A DNA stretch of 64,000 bases from Sphagnum compactum (taxonomy: Eukaryota), in assembly GCA_965153455.1 (NCBI GenBank), contig OZ234493.1, forward strand, positions 13,382,213 through 13,446,212, in the 5' to 3' direction. Shown piece by piece: positions 39,485 through 51,680 of this stretch (position 1 is the stretch's first letter; each line of letters begins with the position of its first letter). The notes under the pieces were generated by a model. That model did not search any database. It was not told where the DNA came from and worked only from the letters and a program-made list of their open reading frames with translations. Position numbers and translations under genes: made by a program.

Positions 39485-41189
39485 TAAGGCTACCTGCTAC
39501 TCATATTATTGGCAATTTTGGTTGAAATGTTCAAAGGAACTTGGGTCTTGGGAGCAGTATTTTTCTTTTTCAGTGGTGAAATGTAGCCACCTTTCTTTCT
39601 CCCCATAAAATAACAACAGAAGCATCAATATAGTATAGTGTGACATGGTGTGATTCATATTATTAATTAGTTTGGAGGGTGTGGAACCTCAACATATTTT
39701 TCCTTGGGGTGATAGACCTCTCTGATTGGTTCATCACCCAAAAGAAAATCAACTCTTGACACATTGACACACTCCTAACTTAGAAATTGTCCACACGGCC
39801 TACAAATTGGCATGGATTTAAAATTGAAAAACTTTTTGTAAATCTCTGTGCAAAAGACAACTTCTATTTACACTATGCATGCAACTCTTTCATCTCTCCA
39901 TAGCACAAAGAAGAATTCACAATTGAACTCTATAAGCAAGTCCTATTCACACATGGGCCAGTGACACAAGCCACACTAGCTGAACTTGAAGTTGGGAATG
40001 TACAAAGTGAAACATGAACCAAACCAAACAAAACACCACTCTTCATTGAAGACCCTTCTGTTATTGTACTCATTCACTTACTAAAGTTGTTGAAGGGCGG
40101 AATTGTACCATGGAATGGTCAAGACCAGTGTTGTGTGGTTCTTCTTTTTTGAGAGAACCTTCAATCTGGGTTCTGATTCTTTAAACAAAATTCTAGAAGT
40201 TCTTCAAGTGCGTTTGAGTTTGGTTCTTTGGAGTTTAAAAACCTACAGTTTCCGATTTTGACACATTTTTTCAAATTCTCAAACCTTCAAGCTCCATTCA
40301 AAACCAGGTCTGGTTCCATGCAAACATTACACACTCCCCTATATTAGTTAAGGTATAAATAGAAAGTTTTATATCAAATTAAAATAAAGGTCTATATAAA
40401 TATGAAGTTCAACAACTAATAAAAATTAAATAATTAAATATGAAATTGAGCCTACTTGTCAACTTTTCTACTAAAAAAATCAACTTGCCTATTAAAAAAA
40501 TGTGCCCGTATTTTTTAGAGTGTTTTTCTCGGTTCCAGTTTCAGGTCTGAATTTAGCAAAATAAATAAATAAATAAATAAATTTCCAATGTTTGATTCCT
40601 GTGCCAGTTTCAACCAAAAAAAATTAAAATGTCCAAAAATATAATCTTCAAAAAGTCCTCTTAAAGAAACCAAAATCCTTCCAGATATTATAACTCTATA
40701 ATTAATCTCAAGTTTCAACACACAAGCCAAAATGTCAACTTTAAAAAATCCTCAATAATAAAAATAGACCTATTATTATCACCTAGGGGCCTATAAAAAT
40801 CCCTTAAGCTACTATACTCTATAATGAATCTAAACACAATATCCTTAAGGGCCTTGGTAGTAGGCAAGGCCAACAAAAGTGCACCTGGCACTTTGGAGGA
40901 AAGCTTTTGAGGAGCACTCATCTGACATACACTGCTGGTAATATCATTCCTTAAAAGCATCAGAAATCAATTTCCATTCCACTTCCTCACATTAAAAATT
41001 CACTACTCTGCTTATGAAACTCCTTGACTATACTCACTTTCTCATGTTTATGACATCCAGTTCTACAAAGATCTGTCAATTCTGAATAAACATCATCTTA
41101 AGTACTAAGAATATCTCTCAAGACTTCTACATAATATACACACAAAAACACTCCACAAAACTTTTTCACTTTGCATGTAATGGTTTTTT

Positions 41190-41455
41190 TTTTTTGGGTC
41201 AATTTTGGTGATGTAGCCAAAGTGGTGATGATACATAGGAAGATTTAGCCAAATTTGGCTACAAGCTAAATATGAAAGTAAAATTTTTACAGCATTTTTG
41301 GCTACCTACTTTAACCATGTGTAGAAATCTGGCAAAATTTCTTAAATTTTTTATCAAAATATGGCTATTGAAAATCTCAAAAAAAACACTTGATTTTAGC
41401 ACTTTTAATTTTTAATTTCGCTCCTTTGGCTCTGCATAGCCAACCGAAAAAAAAG
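41190..41455 (+). repeat. Dispersed repeat family (GGAAGATTTAGCCAAAT...), copy 2
   Basis: GATGTAGCCAAAGTGG...AGGAAGATTTAGCCAAATTTGGCTAC, similar to 22460-22700. Confidence 0.7.
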
Positions 41456-42316
41456 GCTGCTCGAGAGCTCAAAGCAATATTAACAAAGAATCTTGGGTGG
41501 AAGTGGATTGAGGAAAACTAGATCAACATAGAAACTGGCCCTTAGCACACCAAACTACAATGTGCATTTTCTTGCATGGACTTATGAATTTTATGTACTA
41601 GGGTCACTAAAGACTTATAAGTAGGTGTTGCCAAGGGCTTTTGTGAGAAAATCTGACAAGCAAGTGCAAGAAAATTCCTTTAATGAAGTTCAAAAGAAAG
41701 ATGCAGAGTTTGCCAATTACGTACGAGATTATGTCTCTTTGATATCCAAGCTTTGCCTCATTTTGAAGGTGGATAACTGCTCATAGCTTACATGACAGCA
41801 ACAGATCAGCAAGGATGAAAATAAGAATTAGGGTCTAAGGTTTAAGTTTCACCCTGAAAAAACAGAGAATAGGAAGGTAAAACAAAACCCGAAATTGACA
41901 AGCTCTTTATACAAAACAATAGTCATATTCAAACTTCAAAGACCTTCAAACAACGACATATATGTTCTTGATTTGAGCCTTCAAACAGCAACATGTATGT
42001 TATTCACCACCTACTGTAACATCTGCAGTCAGTTCATTTGCCTGCAATGGGTGGAGGGCAAGGTGAAACATTCACCATTCTACTGAGTTTCTGTCACAGG
42101 ACTGGCAAAACCAGGAGAATTCAGCCATGATGCTGGCTAGCTTAACGAAACCTAAAAGAAGAATGAGAAGACAGTAAAACCCGAGAGGGAGGAGGAATTT
42201 GACAAAAAACCTCGAATCCATGTATTTGGTTATGACTGCATACCTGCTTACATGACATGTACAAAAAATGCAGCCCAACAAAGCTCCAATCTGGTCTTGT
42301 TTTGAGGTTAACAGCA

Positions 42317-42614
42317 TGAATTGTGATCTCCATCCCTCCTGAAAGAAAAGAGGTTGCGAGACTGGTCATTCCAAACATACTGAGGAAAACAAAAATAGCC
42401 ACACTGAATCAACACACTGAATTGTGATCTCCATCCCTCCTGAAAGAAAAGAGGTTGCGAGACTGGTCATTCCAAACATACTGAGGAAAATAAAAATAGC
42501 CACACTGAATCAACACACTGAATTGTGATCTCCATCCCTCCTGAAAGAAAAGAGGTTGCGAGACCAGTCATTCCAAACATACTGAGGAAAACAAAAATAG
42601 CCACACTGAATCAA
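42317..42614. repeat. Near-perfect tandem triplication, 101-bp unit
   Basis: TGAATTGTGATCTCCATCCCTCCTGAAAGAAAAGAGGTTGCGAGAC... starts at 42317, 42418 and 42519; the copies differ by only 1-3 substitutions. Confidence 0.95.
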
Positions 42615-43409
42615 TCCTTTGTTTCCAAAGCCTTTGGCTGCATGAGGAAAAAACTGGAGAGTGTTTTGTCTTTATTGATCTTGTCAGCAAGAATACGACA
42701 CATTTCTAGCCTCTTGTCAATTGTGTTTCTAAACAATTGCTTCTTCATTTCAATGTGCATTACCAATGTAACAAGAATTTCTAAGGTAGCTATTGCAGAA
42801 CCCCCAAGTATCAAGCACAAAGTGCTGACATCCAAGATAACTAAACCATATCAAATCTCCCACGTAAAAAAAATTTGATATTGATAAAACCCACAAAACC
42901 AGCAATTAGATCCTGCTGAAAATATGCTTTGAGTGGAAATGCACTGAACTGAGCTTGTTGGAGGGGGGTGGGGGGGATTGAGTGACCTTGAGCCATGGAT
43001 ATGTGTCTGTGTTGGACTCTTACGAACATCCCACTCTCCTAAGCTTGGCATTGGCGAGATGTTCACAGAGGTACAGGATTCAGGCAGTTTGTAGTAGGTG
43101 AGTGACAACTGCAACAGGGGAACAGAAAAGAAGAAGAAGGGAGAAGGTGCTACATACACAAGAGTGCAGACAATGATGGCAATAAGGGCAATTTGGATAG
43201 GTGCACAGTTGTGGAAGAGATCTTAAAAAAAAAGGCTGCTGCAACAGACCTAACCCTTCCTTTGTGTGGTTTCCTGAGACCATGGAAGTCAATTGCAGGA
43301 GTAATCCTTGGTACAAGTTGTGCTGATCCTGTGTTTAGAGCAGAGCTCCACCCATACTCGGCATTTGGCCCTGCAACTGTATTTCTCTCATCAAAGAGTA
43401 CTTATTTAC

Positions 43410-43658
43410 AGATTCCAACCCCCACCCATAAACATGAACCTGGGACAGTAAAAGGTCAGAACCTACTAATAACAAATCACCTGGACCAAATCAATATATG
43501 TGACCAATCAAGAGCAGGTGTTAGACTGTGCTGGGGCATTTGCTAGCCTCAGCATATTGAACAGAAATGCTGAGTCACAGCCATTTTTCTGGGCCTGTCA
43601 GGCAAATTTTTTCTGATCTTCATCCAAAACATGTTGTGCAGTGTGTTGGTGGAGATGC
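43410..43658 (+). mobile_element. Degenerate copy of the 39114 MITE family
   Basis: CAACCCCCACCCATA...ACTAATAACAAATCACCTGGACCAA...GCTGAG..CCATTTT...GGTGGAGATGCT matches the internal and right-end sequence of 39114-39484. Confidence 0.7.
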
Positions 43659-44099
43659 TGTTGGAGAGCCCAGGATCTCCTCTTTGTTGTGTTTGTAGAG
43701 ATCATCATAGAGGCTGGCTATATACTTTGTTCTTCATCAGAAATGTGCAATGCAGAAGATTGGGCGATTGGTATGGGGGTGCATTTAGTTCAGTTAGAGA
43801 GTTTGTTTGTTTAGTTTTTTTCCCCCCCACACTTTCCTTTGCACTTGATTCACTCTGGTACATCTTTCAGATGCTATCCAAAGCTCAGTTGGATTCGCAG
43901 ACCACTGTTGCAGATCCAATCAGCTAGGTATTTTGATCTGATCTATTTTGATTGCACAAGGACTATTCTCAATCTGGAATAATGTGTCTACTTCCTTGCC
44001 CATGATTTGGTGCATGAATGCATGATCACCCAATTTGTCATCAAGATGAGTGCACTGTCTCTCAGTGTTTTGACAAGGAATTTTCTGTTTGGACGCAGA

Positions 44100-47000
44100 T
44101 AGAGGAGCATCAGAGAATGTCATCTTCTGCTTCATGAATCAACAAGATGAACATTCCAAACCTGCATGTCCACGAGTGAATGATAAGGGACAAAAAAATT
44201 GGGTGTCTGTCAAGGTCACTCCCAGAAACACAAGTGCCATGCAGACATCTCCACCTTTGTCTGTGAGGCCATTGATAACAGCTTGGCCTGCACCCTCCAC
44301 ACCAGAGTCAGGAGGAACCAAGCTCATTCCCCTGTAAAAATCTTTCTCTCCTCCCTCTTCTGCCTATGCTGCATCCATTGCTCCAGCCTTGAATCCATTT
44401 GTTGCACCCACTGCCCCCCCCCCCCCAAAACTGCAGCAAACAAGGAAGGAGCCACTACTAGCTTGGATTCTGGCAATGATGGAAGGACACAAGTGGCCCA
44501 AGCACAAGCCCCTGACCATGATACTGCTGGTGATGCGGACAGCATTCAGGCTATTGAGCTGCCACCCTTGGCAGGACGACCTAGTGTCATGAATGTCATT
44601 GTAGTTGCAGCTGAATGTGCACCCTGGTCAAAAACTGGTACCATGAAAAACCTATGTTAGTATTCTGATTTCTGCCTTACACAGCTCCTCTGTATCTGTG
44701 TACATTTTTTGCACTATGTCAACTATAGGTTAGAAAGAAGCAATTTCCTCTGACAGTGTCACCGTGATGAGTGAAGGTAACTGATTGTTTCTGTTTACTT
44801 CTGCAGGAGGTCTTGGTGATGTTGTGGGATCTCTACCTAAAGCATTGTCATGCTGTAGTCACAATATCACAGTAACTGCTATCTTGTGCCGGCACCCTAG
44901 ACAGAAAGGTTTAGTACAGATTGAATGCCATGAATATATAGCAAAAAAGAACACTAGGAGTCAGAATTGTTCCAGTGAAGCTGAAAATCCCATTACTTGG
45001 TCCAGTAGAGATAACCAGAATTGTGTGCTACATATTGTCTGAAGAGTTGAGAGTACAGCCCATATCCTTTAAGCAAAATACACATATATGCTGAGCAATT
45101 TCTGGGACTTCATATTGAGTCAAATGATCCTGCAGTGCACTATCTGAACCCTAAAGAGGAATGGAAAGATTGTTGGAACAATTGTACTGCTTCATGAAAA
45201 TCTGGATATCTTCCTTGCAAGTTTCACTGTGTTCAGGGTTTTGTTTTGGGAGCAGGTGGTGGCTCCTCAGTACACCAGTTATGCTGATGCTTGGGAAACT
45301 GGCATTTGGAAGATCTACAATGTTTCAGGACAGGTATCAGAATCTCACCCATATCTGCATCTCATGGTCATGCAGATGCTTCTACTCCAATGTGCTTCTA
45401 AGTGAAGTACTGATATAGGGTCTCACTTTCTCAGGAGGGTTACAGCTCCACCATTGCTTCACATTTACTGGTCATCTCTGTGTGTAAGGTCTGCTTTCTC
45501 ATTGTATTACTTTGTTGGTTGGTCTTTCCACAATATCTAGTCATTGCCTCACACTCTGCCTCTCGTCTTCCTTTAGTTTTCTGTTCTCAAGTGGGTAGAA
45601 CTCTGATTAACTGTGGCTGTACATTGGTGGCAGGATATGGAGGTTGGCTACTTTCACACCTTCAAAGATGGGGTGGACTTTGTGTTTATTAATTCATCAA
45701 TCTTCCATGCTGTTGCTTCTAACATTTATGGTGGTTCTCACGAGGTACCCACTGAGCCCCTTCTATTGACCATGCTTTACATGAAATTGTGATCAGCACA
45801 AGTGCACTTCATGTAGTTAGTGGCAACTTGTTTTGCATACTGTCTATCTGGCAACAATCCTGGATTCCAGATAAAACTCTGTTGAGCTTTGTTGAATGCT
45901 ATAATGAAACAGAAGTTACTGACCATATACTACTACAAGGGATAATATTTTTCTCCTCAAGTGGGAAGGTCATGGTCAAGATGCATGGAGGAGGTGTTAA
46001 AACGTATGATATTGCTCTGCAAAGCTGCCATGGAGGTGAGACCACTCATCTGGCAACTGATACCTGGGTGCGGGTTTAGGGTTTAGTGGTTAGGGGTTAG
46101 TGCAACTCCTTGTGGCTGGACTTGAATGAAAACCTGGACCTTACTGATGCTGTGTTAACTACAGGTGCCTTGGCACGTACCATGCAGGGGTGTCTGTTAT
46201 GGAGATAGCAATTTGGTCTTCATAGCCAGTGATTGGCACATGGCCTTGCTACCAGTATATTTGCAGGTGTACTATCGAGACAATGGCTTGATGGAATTTT
46301 CTCATTCCATCCTTGTTATCCACAATATGGCTCCTCAGGTTTGCTCTTGTAAATCCCATCCTACCCATCAGGACTGAACTAGTGACAAATGTTGAACCCC
46401 TATTGAGTTCTTCACATGTCCAGTTCATCTACAGGGCTCTTGAAACATCAAAGCAGAAAGAATCACAGAACAGAACCAAACCACAGAGAGTTTGGATTTT
46501 GCTGGAGGAAGTGGATTGCATTGTTTGTTTCTTAGCATCACTATGAAGAAGTTGTGACCCAGAGAGAGCATATACAGTGATGCAGAAGTCAATCTACAAA
46601 TGTGTTGGTGACATGCATTTGGACCTGAACTTCTTGCCAAGAAAATGCATATGCTCTGGCTCATTACATAACCACATTTCGAGATAGAGATGGCATTTGC
46701 AGAGTCATAGACCAGTGTCGGATTATGCAAAACTTGGGTTACCAGGCCATTATGCAGATAAATTCCATTTATTTGATCCGGTTGGAGAACACATGAATAT
46801 CTTCATGGCAATTTTAATCACAACTATTGCATTGTGACTGTTAGCCATGGGTATGCCAGTGAATGTCAAACACGAGAGGGAGGGTGGGGATTGGATGCTG
46901 TTGTTCAGGATCACAACTGGAAGCTGAGGGGGGTTGTGAATGGAATTGATGACACTGAGTGGAATCCTGAGTTGGATCCTTGCCTTGAGAGTGATGGCTA

Positions 47001-47656
47001 CCACAACTTATTCTCTTGACACCTTACCTCGTGGCAAACCTGCAAGCAAGGCTGTGCTTCAGAGGGAGCTGGGGTTGCCTGTGTGCAATGAGGTGCCATT
47101 GATTGGGTTCATTCAGCATCTTGATTATCAGAAGGGCGTGGATTGGTTAGCAGGGGCAGTGCCATGGATGATGGGCCAAGATTTGCAGCTGGTGATGCTG
47201 GGTACAGGCTGCAAAGACCTGGAAGATATGTTGCATCACTTTGAAGGTTGCTACTGTGATAAAGTGTGTGGATGGGTGGGGCTTTCCTTTAAGACAGCTC
47301 ACCATATTACTGCAGGTGCAGATATCCTATTAATGCCATCTTGTTTTGAGCCATGTGGTCTCAATCAGCTGTATGGAATGCGCTATGGGACTGTTCCAGT
47401 TGTACATTCAGTAGGTGGCTTGCAAGATACAGTGCAGCCTCTTGACCCATTCACAGATTCTGGAACGGTCTGGACTTTTGACAGGGCAGAGGTTGGTGGT
47501 TTTACTGATGCGCTTGGAAATGCAACGTGGACATACTGTGACTTCAAGAATAGTTGTATTGGCATACAGCATCACGGAACGTCACAGGATCTCAGCTGGG
47601 ACCATGCAGCTCAGCAGTATGAGGAAGTGCTATTGGCTGCCAAGTACTCCCAGTAA
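44100..47656 (+). pseudogene. SS2: Soluble starch synthase II (GT5/GlgA family) pseudogene with introns retained; 5' end uncertain
   Basis: Exons read PPLAG..VMNVIVVAAECAPWSKTG | GGLGDVVGSLPKAL | VVAPQY..SGQ | DMEVGYFH..DGVDFVFI | EVLKRMILLCKAA | VPWHVPC..DWH.ALLPVYL..VIHN | final exon 46703-47656 ([47 protein letters not shown]). Frameshifts at ~46825 and ~47005, and many conserved Arg residues are lost. Confidence 0.92.
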
Positions 47657-48229
47657 TGCATACTATCTCATCTAGTTTGGCCTACTCCAACATGAGGTGA
47701 TACCAAACTATCATCAGGAGGTTGATGAAGGTGTGTGACCTGAGCTGCTACGGAATTCTGAAACCTTAAAAACAGAAGTTGTACAGCCCAAAATCTGGAG
47801 AATAGAATATTAGGATTAAATTGGGCAATCGGTAGTGGATTCTCACAACTGAGCAATTTTGCCTATCATATTTCAACTACCTGCACTGAAACTGTGTCTG
47901 CCTGAAATACAATTGTGGAGAGTGCCAGAAATTTACGTGATTGAAGGGCAACTGCTTGGTCTAAAGGGTTTCTGGGCTATTTCACCCATGTCAAAGCAAC
48001 GTGACACTTATCACTTGTTGACACAGTAGGTTGGTCGTGGTGGTTTTCAGGGTGTGAAGAGAAACAAGCAGAATTGTATTTCTATGAGATCTCCTCAAAT
48101 ACATAGTAAGTACTTGGAGGCCCCTGTGGTTTGCAGATTTATAAAACTTTGGGAAACTTTGGATGGGTTCAAGCTCAAACTGAAGGAGCAGTTTTTCCCC
48201 ATAAGAGAACATGATATAGTTCTCAGATT

Positions 48230-48540
48230 CAAAGTGCTCTTTCTCTTGCTCTCACTGATCAGGTTAGGTTAGCTTCACCCATTCTTTTTCACTCTGCTTC
48301 CTAGCTTGTTTGCTAAGGTGGATCTAGGGGTTGCAATTCAACAACAGAGGATCTGCAAGTGTATTTATCAGGTCTTTCAAGGGGCTTGAGTGTCTGGAGG
48401 GATGTGAACTATTTCAAAAGCTGAAGAAACTGGATGGTTACAGGGATGACAAATGGGCAAAAGTGTCCATAGGAGCCGCAAGTGGTGGAATGGTGATACC
48501 GAAAGCGAGTGTTTTGAGTTGTTGCAGGGTTTGGAATTGA
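48230..48540 (+). pseudogene. Possible leucine-rich-repeat gene remnant
   Basis: FTLLPSLFAKVDLGGCNS (cf. LPxLxxLDLxGC) and LECLEGCELFQKLKKL in adjacent frames; short and frameshifted. Confidence 0.3.
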
Positions 48541-49125
48541 GCGGGCTATGGTAGGTGTTGTTGTAATGGGGCCATTGTAGTGGTTACAAGGTGTGATCAC
48601 CTCTGTGTTCTCAATGTAGTTTGTGTTGTTTTGTGTGTTTTCCAAATGTGTTTTGACATTGTCATATGTACATAAACTTTAGTGCAACCTAATGAAATGA
48701 ACGAATCACCAGTTGTATCTTGAGCAAACAATACATAAACATTTTTTCGCTGAGATAACACATTTTACACTAAAAACCACAGTTTGCCAAAGAATTCTCA
48801 AAGTACCTAGTGAAGATTTGTGTCATTGAAAACAAAAATCACTGCCCCCGATACCTTGTTGAGGGCAGAGTGGGATCACTGCCAAACAAATTTTGTGACT
48901 TTGTGAATGAAACCTCACTCCTCCCATGCAATTAAACTACGGGTCTCTTACAATCTGGATTTGGGAATTTTTGGCATTTGTGGTCTCTTACACATGATTC
49001 TAAGATTACTCTTTTTTTTTTTTTGGAAGCCCATTATTTTTTTTTGGGTTTCTTTTATATATTGACATTTGCTGAAATTGTTGAAAATTTTGTTTATTGT
49101 CCCAACCATTGACAGGTAACAGGAC

Positions 49126-50070
49126 CAGTGTGGGGTGGGCATTTTGCAACGGGTATTAACCGGGTATCAGACCGGGTATATGCATATATACGCCTGTGTT
49201 GGGTCTTACTTTTTCAAAAAAAAACACAGACCCTCTCCCCCCTCCTCTCTCCTGCCCCGCATTTTCTGAAAGTTAACACCACTGTCCCCACCTCATAATC
49301 AATGATGTTAAAATTTCAAGCATCCATAACCAGACCCTAACCGAGGAGAATAACTACAAGGTAAGGCGTCTCTCAAAAAACCTGGATCAATAACCGTATC
49401 ATACCCGGATTGTGCTACCTTCAGATTGAAAGGCAAAAAAAAATAAAATCTTCAGGTTCTCTTAGTAGCTGCCACAAATAGTCAATATGCGTCCTCAGTT
49501 GCGATCGGTGCTTGTACCATGGGTTTAGGGTTTAGGGTTTAGGGTTTCAATTAACAAATTAGGGTTTAGATTTAGTAACACATGTGCTCAAGCTTGCAAA
49601 CCAATAGTGTTGTTTTAGATTGTCAAGAGCTTTTGCCTCATAAGCTTAAAAGATTTAAGACTAAGAGCTTGCCTCATAAGCTTAAAAGATCTAAGACTAG
49701 TCGTTTGTCAAAAGCCTTAAAGACTTGGCAAGGACCTGGCTTTGTAGGACATTGTTGAAGACCCGACATATGTTTCTAAGGGGGTCTTCCAAAAAAACCT
49801 GGCTAAAGAAAGAGTCTCTTTTAACCCATTTGGGTTTCTGTTAAAGAACCAGACCTTATATATCTGGTTAATCACATACTCTAACCCTCGCCCTCACCTC
49901 ATAACCACCCACCCCTCTTTGGGTTTCTAACACCTGGACCTGACCAGCTCTTTAATAAATCTCCTAAAAATAAAAGAACGAGACTTGAGCGGTTCTTTAA
50001 AAAATAAATTATTCTCAAATACCCAGACCTGACTATTATTATTTTTTAAACAAATACCCGCCCCACACCC
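49126..50070. mobile_element. Candidate non-autonomous hAT-like element, ~945 bp
   Basis: Imperfect TIRs CAGTGTGGGGTGGGCATTT / AAATACCCGCCCCACACCC. No clean 8-bp TSD. Contains (TTTAGGG)3 at ~49523 and a ~37-bp tandem duplication at ~49633-49699. Confidence 0.55.
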
Positions 50071-50089
50071 GTAAAGACAACCAAGTTTA

Positions 50090-51680
50090 TTCTTGCTTCA
50101 TAACAAGGTCGTCCCAATACCAAGAGCAAGTTGGTATGACAACTTGTGCTAAGTTGGGTTTCGATTTATGCATATGTGGTTGAAGATTGATAGCCATTTT
50201 TTTATAAAAAATTTGATGTTATCCTTGAAATGGGTTTGTGAATAGGGTCATTTCAAATTTTCTAAAGCTTATTTTGGTGGATGTTGTGATGTTCTTTGGT
50301 GATTTGACTTAAGAAACAATGACATCAAAGTTGGTATCTTTTGGGGCTTAAGAGGGTTGGTTGTGTTTCAAGGTGTTAGAACAAAGGTCATTATGGTGCA
50401 ATGGAAATACTAGAATTCATCCTTTACGATTGATGTACATTGCATGAACCACTACACCAATTTGGAAGGGAAAATTCTATTTAGGTCAGGCATCGTTGGG
50501 AAGATTGAAGATGTACTACAAAGCTAGTATGCTTACTTCTCTCTTAACCCAAATAGAACCAATTTGTCAAACTAGTTGACATCACAAAAATACGGGAATA
50601 AATTCTTAAGAACATTTAAACAATAAATTCTAATCCTAATCATGAAAAGTGTTGAATGAATACAAAGTTTTAGTTTTGATAATGGATCAAAGATTTTGCT
50701 ACAATCATACAAGTTGTTTACAACCTTCAATTTATTTGACTTGGAGTTGATGTTGGGATTGTCTTTGGTGACACCAATGCTTGTAAAGTTAAATTAGTTT
50801 ATTAAGTTCTTCCAATATCAAAAGTGTTTCCTTTGTGATTTTTGTTTAATTTATTATAAAGTAGTTGTATAAATCTCGTATATCCTCTTGATACATTGAC
50901 CCATGTATGATATGTTCAATGGGCATCAAGAACTTGTTGGTGGCACAAATGTGGCGGCACATAAGTATGAACAATTGTTGGCAAATCTCTATTATGATGC
51001 ACAATCATTGTCCTTAGATAAAACAAATATGTGTTTGTGCCCCAAGTTTATTTCCAACCAATTATCAATGATATTGCAAGGCAAAGTTTTGACGGAATAG
51101 TCAAGCTTATGATGAGCTTGACAAATTGATTCCTTGCACAAGATATGGTGGATGCTTTAAGATATGTGATCCACTTGTATTATTGACAAAAATTCTTGTG
51201 TGAGGAGATATTTCTTGTTAATTTGACTATGTTGAAAGGGTTTTATTGTTAACCTAAGAAACTTGGATAAACCCCAACATGGATCCCGATTCAATACTTG
51301 ATTTGCGGATTTTGTACTTGCAATATTTTTTCTTCAAGATCACAATGAAGTTCAATTCCCCAATGGCCTTGGAATTAGCCCATGGATTTAAATCCACAAT
51401 GTAAAGAAGCTTTACTTCACTACACTATTATGTGCATGTCTTAGTAAATTCATGAAATTGGTTCATGCTATGGTTCACATTATGAAATTCTTGGAAGAGA
51501 AAAGGATTTTATCAACCTTGACATTCATGGAACCAAGGCTTTCGATCATATGGTTTGAGCATTTGGATTTGGTAGTTTGTATGCATGCACAACCAATTTC
51601 TATTGTTGATAATTTTCCTTACCATGATGCCATCATAACTTGGACCAAAGACAAAATGTGAAAGGGTATTTTAGGTTGAA
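50090..51680 (+). mobile_element. Degenerate hAT transposase (ZNF862/ZMYM-like type) remnant
   Basis: DVHCMNHYTNL (cf. HCxAHRxNL), Q.LYAYFS, EEKRILSTLTFM (cf. EDERxFSTLxFMK), EHLDLVVCM...FPYHDAI..W; heavily disrupted. Confidence 0.75.
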
